64,000 bases of DNA, taken from Candidatus Omnitrophota bacterium. GTDB taxonomy: Bacteria; Omnitrophota; Gorgyraeia; JAGLLT01. The translations under genes and the position numbers were made by a program. Positions 40,610-47,719 of this stretch are shown here, one piece after another. How positions within the stretch are numbered: the first letter of the stretch is position 1; each line of letters starts with the position of its first letter. A model generated the notes under the pieces. That model was not told the origin of the DNA, did no database searches, and was given only the letters and a program-made list of their open reading frames with translations. The stretch covers positions 207,402 to 271,401 of the forward strand of contig DAOVJY010000001.1 in assembly GCA_030632085.1 (NCBI GenBank), in the 5' to 3' direction.

Positions 40610-40771
40610 TTAGTTTTGGTTTATCCTACTGCATGAATATGTCAGATTCAGAAACTTTTTTCCAATTTCTCTGGAACCCGGTGTTAGGTTTGTAGTTACA
40701 CTATCTAAGACACTCATTTCATTGGCTTTATTAATTTCCTTAATATTGACCGTATCTATGAATAATTTCAT
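40610..40771 (-). pseudogene. Truncated, decayed transaldolase / fructose-6-phosphate aldolase (TalC/Fsa) fragment, 53 codons
   Basis: MKLFIDTVNIKEINKANEMSVLDSVTTNLT versus family pattern MKxFxDTAN...GxxDGVTTNP; GGAGG RBS retained; stop after about 53 aa. Confidence 0.8.
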
Positions 40772-40822
40772 CTTCCCTCCCGGAAAAACCTAAAAGCCTA
40801 TAAATACTATATCAATTTTTTT

Positions 40823-40851
40823 AATATAACACAAATAAAGGTACGATTCAA
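40823..40851 (-). promoter_or_regulatory. Sigma70-like promoter upstream of the tal remnant / lptD / glycan operon
   Basis: TTGAAT-N17-TATATT with TGn extended -10. Confidence 0.55.
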
Positions 40852-40883
40852 CCTAAATCTATCTTAAATATATACTTATAAAA

Positions 40884-41855
40884 TTAACTTTTTTCCCCGA
40901 GATTAGCTAAAACGGATGCACCAACAATACCAGCTTCTTCACCCAATAAAGCAGGTACTACTCTAACAAAGGAGGCGGGATTTTTCATGGCGCGCAGCTT
41001 AATTGTCTTTTTAATGGAGTCAAACAAAGGTTTACCTGCCTTTGCTACACCACCACCAATTACAATTAATTCCGGATTAAACGTGTTAACTAAACCACTT
41101 AATGCAATACCTAAGAAATTACCCACTTCCTCCCAAATAAACAAGGCAGTTTTATCCTTGGCTCTGGCAGCTTGAGAAATAATCTGAGGTGTTATCTTTG
41201 AGTGTTGATTATCAGCATATTTTAGAATTAGTGATTTTTTGTTTTTCTTTACAAGCTCTCTGGCCCTTTGGCTAATAAATTTATTACCTACATAGCGCTC
41301 AATGCAAGCTGTGCCTCCGCAGTTACATTTGGGGCCTGTAATATTTATAGGGATGTGGCCTATTTCGCCTGCGGTAAAATTAGGGCCGCGATAAAGACAA
41401 CCGTTAAGCACAATACCGCCACCAACACCCGTACCCAAGGTAAGACATATAACATCTTTGAATCCTATGCCGGCTCCATACGCCAATTCACCCAGGGTAA
41501 CTACATTAACATCGTTATCAACAAAAGTACGAATACCCACTTTTTTAGTTAATATCTGCTTTAAAGATGTATTTTTCCAGCCTTGAATATTTGTTAAATT
41601 ATGAATAAAACCACGGTCAAAATCAATGAGCCCCGCTACACCAATTCCTATGCCGGCAATTTGATTTTTCTTAAGTTTGTTGTCTTTTAAAAGCTGCCTA
41701 ATTGTTTTAGATACTTCCGCAATTAATTTTGATTTTCCTTTATATTTAACGGTTTTAATTATAACTTTCTGCACAACATGATTTACATTTTTAAGAAGAG
41801 CTATTTTTACGTTTGTACCACCTAAATCAATACCAATTGTAAAATGTTTTTTCAT
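40884..41855 (-). CDS. ROK family sugar kinase (glucokinase-like)
   Basis: GIDLGGT, DNDVN, TLGTGVGGG, GEIGH, CNCGGTACIE. Confidence 0.92.
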   Translation of the reverse strand: MKKHFTIGIDLGGTNVKIALLKNVNHVVQKVIIKTVKYKGKSKLIAEVSKTIRQLLKDNKLKKNQIAGIGIGVAGLIDFDRGFIHNLTNIQGWKNTSLKQILTKKVGIRTFVDNDVNVVTLGELAYGAGIGFKDVICLTLGTGVGGGIVLNGCLYRGPNFTAGEIGHIPINITGPKCNCGGTACIERYVGNKFISQRARELVKKNKKSLILKYADNQHSKITPQIISQAARAKDKTALFIWEEVGNFLGIALSGLVNTFNPELIVIGGGVAKAGKPLFDSIKKTIKLRAMKNPASFVRVVPALLGEEAGIVGASVLANLGEKS

Positions 41856-41858
41856 AAA

Positions 41859-43250
41859 TTATCCTATCTGTCTTTTATTGTCAAATATGCATGTATTGTT
41901 TCTGCCGGAAGCTTTGGCTTTATAGAGCGCTTGGTCAGCTTTATCTATCAAATCCAAAATCTCATTGCTATCATCGGGGCAAGTGGCAACCCCAATACTA
42001 ATAGATGCCCTGGTAAACTTTCCTTCAGCCATGAAATTCTCTCTTTCAATCTGTTCCCTTATTCTTTCGGCCACAGCATAAGCACCTTCTTTACTTGTTT
42101 CCGGAAGGGCTAAGCAGAATTCTTCCCCGCCATAGCGACATATTAAATCAATTTCTCTCGTATTATTGCGGATAATGTCAGATATTTTAATCAAAACTCC
42201 ATCTCCAACTAAATGCCCAAAGCGATCATTGAACTTTTTAAAATGATCAATATCTAGCATTAAAACTGAAATCTCAATTTTATTAGTCACTAAACGCTCC
42301 ATTTCTTTTTCAAATGAAATTAAGAAATGACGCTTTAGAAGTAAGCCGGTTAAGCCATCCGTAATAGCTAACTTTTCAACTAATTCATATAATCTGACTT
42401 TTCTCATTTCTAGGCCGAACTGACCGATAACGATCGAAAATTTTTCAAAACTCTCAAGATTCATATTCTCAACTATAACAACACTCCTAATGTATTCGTC
42501 AATATATATAGGAATAGCCAAAAGACTTTCAACTTTTAATGGCAATATTAATCCATATTCCTCCGCGTCTTTTTGAGCCTGCGGTAAAGATAAAGACAAA
42601 CTTTTCTCGTATATAATTTGAATTATTTTATAATCGTAACTTTTGGCATCTTTTATGCGTGATTCTATAGGAATATCATAGACTTCTTCCAGATGCACCT
42701 CACCCTTAATGCGATTAATATGAATAAGTCGACAATCATCAAATTCAAATGTATTCTTTAATTCAGAGCATAATATACGAAAAATATCCTCAAATCTTAA
42801 GTAAGCACTCATTCTTTTGGTAATCTCATAAAGGTTCTCAATTTCCTGCGATTGCTGACTCACTTCAGATATATGCTCTTCAGATTTATTGTTATCCTCT
42901 TTACAACAAATTATGGCTTTTTTCTTTTTCTTTATTTCATTATTGAAATTTATTTTATTTTTTGTGAATCTTTTCTTATTTTCCAAGGCAATAATAAATG
43001 TAGCTGTAAAACACAAACCCAAAAAAAGGGCCAGATAATTTTCAATCCCCAGCACAAAAATTATTACCGCGCTTATTATAGATAAAGCAAAAACAATATA
43101 ACTAAATATTTTTTTTGTAAAATAAACCGCTAAGATAAGAGGTAAAATACTCAGGCCGCTACAAATATAGACCTGATTATTCGAAGAAGATAACATTATA
43201 ACCTCCGAGAAAAAAACAAGGGATAATAAAAATATAACTATGAAATACAT
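41859..43250 (-). CDS. Membrane-anchored sensor (GAF-like) diguanylate cyclase
   Basis: N-terminal TMs, coiled coil, TDGLTG, DIDHFK, REID I-site, RYGGEEF. Confidence 0.92.
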   Translation of the reverse strand: MYFIVIFLLSLVFFSEVIMLSSSNNQVYICSGLSILPLILAVYFTKKIFSYIVFALSIISAVIIFVLGIENYLALFLGLCFTATFIIALENKKRFTKNKINFNNEIKKKKKAIICCKEDNNKSEEHISEVSQQSQEIENLYEITKRMSAYLRFEDIFRILCSELKNTFEFDDCRLIHINRIKGEVHLEEVYDIPIESRIKDAKSYDYKIIQIIYEKSLSLSLPQAQKDAEEYGLILPLKVESLLAIPIYIDEYIRSVVIVENMNLESFEKFSIVIGQFGLEMRKVRLYELVEKLAITDGLTGLLLKRHFLISFEKEMERLVTNKIEISVLMLDIDHFKKFNDRFGHLVGDGVLIKISDIIRNNTREIDLICRYGGEEFCLALPETSKEGAYAVAERIREQIERENFMAEGKFTRASISIGVATCPDDSNEILDLIDKADQALYKAKASGRNNTCIFDNKRQIG

Positions 43251-44677
43251 ACTTTGTTTCTCCCTGTGTTTTTTGCTTCATATAAGGCCTTATCTGCTTC
43301 CGCAATAAGGTAGTTGACATCTTTAATCGCATTAGTTATGGTGGCTACACCTATAGATATAGTTACATTAGTTTTCTCGCGCCTTAAATAAAATATACGT
43401 TCTTCAACCTTCCTTCTTAACTTCTCGGCTAATTCAGCAGCTTCTTTCTTTGAAATGCCGGGAAGCCCTATAGCGAATTCCTCTCCACCGTAACGAGCAA
43501 CAATTGCTTTGGAGCCAGCCATCTTTATGAAAATCCTAGCTGTTGTCTTTAAGACAATATCCCCTGCAACATGGCCATAGCTATCGTTATATTTTTTAAA
43601 ATGATCAATATCAATCATTAAAAAAGAAATTTTATTTTTAGATTCCGTCATATTTTTTATTTCTTCAGCCAGCAACTGCCTCATGTATCTTTGGACATAA
43701 CAACCTGTCAAACCATCAGTTACTGCTAGTTCTTCTGTTTTTTCATAAAGATGAGCGTTTTCCACAGCAACAGCTCCCAAGTCGGCAATAATATTCAAAA
43801 TTCTTAAATCTTCGGAATTAAAAATTTCAGCGTTCAATGCGTCTAATCGCACAACCCCAATAGCTCTATCTTCACTTATTAATGGCGTAGATATTAAAGA
43901 GCGAAATTCACGAGTTTTACTTTTAATCACTTCGTAATCAAACCTGTAGTCTTTTCTGATATCTTGAATAATTAAGGGTTGCTTTCTTTTTAAAACTCTC
44001 ATATCAAATCCATCGGCTCCTTCTATTTTAAACCTTTTAAGCTCCTGGCTTTTTCTCATAGATGTCAATATTAGATTATGTTTCTTTTCATCGATAAGAT
44101 ACAATAAACAACAGTCAGCTTTGCTAACTATAGAAAATGAATTTTTAACTACTAGATTAGCAACCTCAGCCAAAGATAAGCTGGAACTCAATTTTTCAGT
44201 AATGTCTTTAAGTATGCTAAATCTAGAGAAACTTTTCTCGAGAGCTTTTAACCGGAGTTGATTTTGTAAACGTTCATCATTTAAAAGATTGAGTTCTTCA
44301 TTGATATCCTCTAACTCAGCCTGCTGCAAACCAATAGAAGCATTGCTCTTTTTATCATAATAAAAAGCGCTTCCCATTACTAATCCAAACAAAATAAGAT
44401 GCATATTAATGATGGGACTTTTGGCAATAGTTGCTGCAAGAAGGGTAAAAATAAAAGCTATAGTCAGGCAAATTACAGAAGCAATGACGCCAAAAAATAG
44501 CCACGCAGCCAGGATAATTAAATTTAGAAAAAAGATAGTAGCATTGATAAGTCGCAGATAGTAAGTTCTCTCGATATAAATATCACCCAGAAACTTCACT
44601 AAAAGAAGTAATATAGTTAATACCGATAAGGAAACCAGAAATATATTGAAGGTATATATTTTTTTATTATTCGTCAT
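43238..44677 (-). CDS. Membrane-anchored GAF-GGDEF diguanylate cyclase
   Basis: N-terminal TMs, GAF (PLISEDRAIGV, AVENAHLY), RYGGEEF; start likely the ATG at 44677. Confidence 0.9.
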   Translation of the reverse strand: MTNNKKIYTFNIFLVSLSVLTILLLLVKFLGDIYIERTYYLRLINATIFFLNLIILAAWLFFGVIASVICLTIAFIFTLLAATIAKSPIINMHLILFGLVMGSAFYYDKKSNASIGLQQAELEDINEELNLLNDERLQNQLRLKALEKSFSRFSILKDITEKLSSSLSLAEVANLVVKNSFSIVSKADCCLLYLIDEKKHNLILTSMRKSQELKRFKIEGADGFDMRVLKRKQPLIIQDIRKDYRFDYEVIKSKTREFRSLISTPLISEDRAIGVVRLDALNAEIFNSEDLRILNIIADLGAVAVENAHLYEKTEELAVTDGLTGCYVQRYMRQLLAEEIKNMTESKNKISFLMIDIDHFKKYNDSYGHVAGDIVLKTTARIFIKMAGSKAIVARYGGEEFAIGLPGISKKEAAELAEKLRRKVEERIFYLRREKTNVTISIGVATITNAIKDVNYLIAEADKALYEAKNTGRNKVCIS

Positions 44678-44683
44678 AGGACT

Positions 44684-44722
44684 AAAATAAAGAAAATGCG
44701 CGTATGTGCCCAATACACGCAT
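44684..44722 (-). terminator. Rho-independent terminator-like hairpin after the ABC ATPase gene
   Basis: Minus strand ATGCGTGTAT-TGGGCAC-ATACGCGCAT (10-bp stem, one G:U) followed by TTTCTTTATTTT. Confidence 0.6.
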
Positions 44723-44760
44723 CTCATTAAATACTCTTGATTACGTTATGCGCAAGGCAA

Positions 44761-45867
44761 TCATACAATAGTTACTTCAGTCTCTTTGTCAAAAAAGTGA
44801 ACCTTAGACATGTCAAAAACTAACTCCATCTTCTGATTAACATCAGGTTTTTCTTTAGCTCCAACTTTTGCGGTAATTGAGTTTTTATTACTGGTAGTTA
44901 GATATAAAATGGTTTCTGAACCCATAGGTTCAACAACTTCTACCATAGCGCTTATAGTGGTTTCCTCCGGGGCTTCCGGAATAAATAATTTATCATGTAT
45001 ATCTTCCGGTCTAATACCAAAAACAGTTTCTTTGCCTACATATTCTTTAATTTTCGGGTACATCTCTTCGTTAATTTTAACCTTGAAAGTTCCTTCATCA
45101 AGATAGTAAGCTCCGCTTTCTTTTATAAACTTACCCTCTATAAAATTCATCGGCGGACTTCCAATAAACCCAGCAACAAATTTATTGGCTGGATTATCAT
45201 ACAAATGTATGGGATCAGCTATTTGTTGAATAAAACCATCCTTTAAAACAACAATGCGAGTGCCCATAGTCATAGCTTCAACCTGATCGTGAGTTACATA
45301 AATCATAGTTGCCTGTAATCTGATATACAGCTTACTAATTTCGGCGCGCATCTGAACTCTGAGTTTAGCATCAAGGTTACTTAGAGGTTCGTCGAACAAA
45401 AAGACTAAGGGTTTTCTTACAATGGCTCTACCTACTGCAGCTCTCTGCCTCTGCCCGCCAGATAAAGCCTTGGGTTTTCTTTGGAGCAATTCCCTGATAT
45501 TTAAAATATTGGCTGCTTCATTAACTCTGGCATCTATTTCTTTTTTAGGATATTTTCTTAGTTTCAAACCAAAGGCCATATTTTCATAAACAGTCATATG
45601 TGGATATAAAGCGTAATTCTGAAAAACCATGGCAATATTTCTATCCTTGGGAGGGGCATCATTAACTAAACGTTCACCTATACGGATTTCACCTTCAGTT
45701 ACATCTTCAAGACCGGCAATCATACGCAATGTGGTTGATTTTCCGCATCCGGATGGCCCTACTAAAACTAAAAGCTCCTTATCTTCAATCACTAAATCCA
45801 TCTTCTGGACCGCCACCACACCACCTGAATAAACTTTTGAAACACCTTTCAAAGTTACCTCTGCCAT
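44761..45867 (-). CDS. Carbohydrate ABC transporter ATPase (MalK/MsmX/UgpC family)
   Basis: GPSGCGKST, VFQNYALYPH, LSGGQRQR, DEPLSNLDAKLR, FIGSPPMN, TOBE C-terminus. Confidence 0.95.
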   Translation of the reverse strand: MAEVTLKGVSKVYSGGVVAVQKMDLVIEDKELLVLVGPSGCGKSTTLRMIAGLEDVTEGEIRIGERLVNDAPPKDRNIAMVFQNYALYPHMTVYENMAFGLKLRKYPKKEIDARVNEAANILNIRELLQRKPKALSGGQRQRAAVGRAIVRKPLVFLFDEPLSNLDAKLRVQMRAEISKLYIRLQATMIYVTHDQVEAMTMGTRIVVLKDGFIQQIADPIHLYDNPANKFVAGFIGSPPMNFIEGKFIKESGAYYLDEGTFKVKINEEMYPKIKEYVGKETVFGIRPEDIHDKLFIPEAPEETTISAMVEVVEPMGSETILYLTTSNKNSITAKVGAKEKPDVNQKMELVFDMSKVHFFDKETEVTIV

Positions 45868-45897
45868 TGAAAACCTCCTTTAATTTACTCTTTAATC

Positions 45898-46743
45898 TTA
45901 AGTCTCTAAATAGCTTATCATGCTAAAAAGTGTTTCTTTTAAATCTTTCCTAGTAGCTATGATATCTAAAAAACCATGTTCAAGTAAAAATTCCGAGCTT
46001 TGAAAGCCTTCAGGTAATTTCTGTTTAATTGTCTGCTCAATTACTCTGGGTCCTGTAAAACCTATAAGCGCCTTTGGTTCCGCGATAATTACATCACCAA
46101 GAGATGCAAAACTGGCCATAATTCCGGCCATTGTCGGATTGGTAAGAACCGATATGTAAAGTAATCCTTTGCTTTGGTGCTTAGCAATAGCCGCAGAAGT
46201 CTTGGCCATCTGCATCAGAGAGAACATACCTTCGTACATTCTAGCTCCTCCGCCGGAACCCGAAAATATAATTAGGGGGACTTTTTTTTCGGTTGCTTTC
46301 TCGGTTGCTCTTGTAATTTTCTCACCCACCACAGACCCCATTGAACCCATAATGAATCTGGAGTCGGTAATAGAGAAAATTATCTTTTTATTGTTAATCT
46401 TAGCTTCACCGGTAATCACCGCTTCCTTAAGTGACGTCTGGCTTTGGGCTGTTTTTAATTTGTCTTTGTATGTTTTGGGGCCTTTAAAATTTAAAGGATC
46501 CAGAGAAACCATATCCTTATCATACTCAATAAAACTATTTTTATCGAAGAGTATTTCTATCCTTTTTTGAGGTGTTATGCGAAAATGAAAATCACATTTA
46601 GGGCAAATATCCAGATTTTCTTCCAGTGTCTTATTGTAAACAATAGCGCCACAATCTTCACATTTTGTCCACAATCCACCCGGTATCTGCTTTTTCTTAG
46701 CTTCTACCTTATTGTAATTTGGACGCCTGTTAAAAAACGACAT
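45898..46743 (-). CDS. accD: Acetyl-CoA carboxylase carboxyltransferase beta subunit
   Basis: WTKCEDC...CPKC Zn finger, GSMGSVVGEK, SLMQMAKT, GPRVIEQT; ATG at 46743. Confidence 0.95.
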   Translation of the reverse strand: MSFFNRRPNYNKVEAKKKQIPGGLWTKCEDCGAIVYNKTLEENLDICPKCDFHFRITPQKRIEILFDKNSFIEYDKDMVSLDPLNFKGPKTYKDKLKTAQSQTSLKEAVITGEAKINNKKIIFSITDSRFIMGSMGSVVGEKITRATEKATEKKVPLIIFSGSGGGARMYEGMFSLMQMAKTSAAIAKHQSKGLLYISVLTNPTMAGIMASFASLGDVIIAEPKALIGFTGPRVIEQTIKQKLPEGFQSSEFLLEHGFLDIIATRKDLKETLFSMISYLET

Positions 46744-46796
46744 TAAGCTCACCTTTAATGTATTTAGAGTCTTATTCTTACAATTTACGTATAAAT

Positions 46797-46825
46797 ATGG
46801 TAACAGTTTGACTTCTTGTTGTCAA
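46797..46825 (-). promoter_or_regulatory. Sigma70 promoter of accD operon
   Basis: TTGACA-N17-TACCAT with TGn extension. Confidence 0.7.
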
Positions 46826-46842
46826 TAGGCATTGTATATATA

Positions 46843-47075
46843 CTAAATAACCCTAAACACACAAAAACCACCCATTAGCTTGCCGGGCACTTCTTCGCGC
46901 AATAACGCATAAAGGTTAATAACTATCGGAGAAAATACACCGCCCCGGACAAAAGCTATAAGACCCGCCTTAAAAAAGCTGTTTTCAGGTTTAATTAATT
47001 ATGAAAATAAAGTCAACAATGCCCTGCTAAACACAAAACTAATAAATATGGCTCCAGGCTTTGAGAAATGAGAAA
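46843..47075 (-). pseudogene. Possible decayed MFS transporter fragment
   Basis: Reads FVFSRALLTLFS*LIK...GLIAFVRGGVFSPIVINLYALLREEVPGKLMGG, resembling the MFS C-terminal LQxxVPxxxxGRV motif; internal stop. Confidence 0.4.
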
Positions 47076-47138
47076 GAGAAAGCTTTATTTTTTAAAACTT
47101 TCAGAATTGAACTCACTTAAAAGTATCCATATAAGACG

Positions 47139-47210
47139 AGCCGATGAGAGGAATCGAACCTCCAACCTAGCGCTTACGAAGCGCTTGCTCTTCCATTGAG
47201 CTACATCGGC
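47139..47210 (-). tRNA. tRNA-Thr(CGT), CCA not encoded
   Basis: Cloverleaf; anticodon arm AGCGC-TTCGTAA-GCGCT; GGTTCGATTCC T-arm. Confidence 0.93.
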
Positions 47211-47253
47211 AAAAAAAGCTCATTTTATTTAAGCTTTTAGGCCATATAATAGA

Positions 47254-47329
47254 TGGTGCCGCGAGACGGAATTGAACCGCCGACGCCGGGATTTTCAGTC
47301 CCGCGCTCTACCAACTGAGCTATCGCGGC
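47254..47329 (-). tRNA. tRNA-Phe(GAA)
   Basis: GCCGCGATAGCTCAGTTGGTAGAGC...CTGAAAA...GGTTCAATTCC...ACCA. Confidence 0.96.
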
Positions 47330-47352
47330 ATTAACTACTTTTTGAAGATAAC

Positions 47353-47430
47353 TGGCGGGGACGACGGGATTCGAACCCGCGATCACCGGATCGACAGTCC
47401 GGGGTCTTATCCTAGCTAGACGACATCCCC
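47353..47430 (-). tRNA. tRNA-Asp(GTC)
   Basis: CCGGA-CTGTCGA-TCCGG anticodon arm, GGTTCGAATCC, CCA end. Confidence 0.95.
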
Positions 47431-47431
47431 T

Positions 47432-47454
47432 TAAATTTCACGTCGTGAAATTTA
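47432..47454. repeat. Perfect 11-bp inverted repeat
   Basis: TAAATTTCACG-T-CGTGAAATTTA directly upstream of tRNA-Asp. Confidence 0.8.
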
Positions 47455-47590
47455 GTTTTAAGTATTAAGCTATAAGTTTTAAGTATCTTTCTAACTGCAA
47501 ATTAATTTAATCAACATTCTCGTAAGCTTTTTGCCAAACTTTTAATTCTTCGTAATTTACAGTAATCTTATGACTTAAGACTTACAACTG
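47455..47590 (-). mobile_element. Internally deleted four-helix-bundle (23S-IVS/TIGR02436-like) gene relic flanked by inverted 7-nt tandem repeats
   Basis: Minus strand: TTGTAAG/TCTTAAG/TCATAAG, then VNYEELKVWQKAY joined to RMLIKLICS*, then CTTAAAA/CTTATAG/CTTAATA/CTTAAAA. Confidence 0.65.
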
Positions 47591-47597
47591 CAAAGCG

Positions 47598-47673
47598 TGG
47601 TGGGCAGTATAGGGCTCGAACCTATGACCTCGTGAATGTAAGTCACGCGCTCTTCCAGCTGAGCTAACCGCCC
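47598..47673 (-). tRNA. tRNA-Val(TAC)
   Basis: CGTGA-CTTACAT-TCACG anticodon arm, GGTTCGAGCCC, CCA end. Confidence 0.95.
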
Positions 47674-47687
47674 ATATATAAACTATT

Positions 47688-47716
47688 ATTTAAACATACA
47701 AATAATTCTGTGTCAA
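47688..47716 (-). promoter_or_regulatory. Candidate promoter for the tRNA Val-Asp-Phe-Thr cluster
   Basis: TTGACA-N17-TTAAAT. Confidence 0.5.
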
Positions 47717-47719
47717 ATA

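Noticed and set aside
44678-44760. c-di-GMP riboswitch upstream of the DGCs
   Set aside because: No recognisable GEMM two-hairpin/tetraloop-receptor pattern; only a single terminator-like stem
47455-47590. Short repeats as a CRISPR array
   Set aside because: 7-nt degenerate tandem units without spacers, and no cas genes
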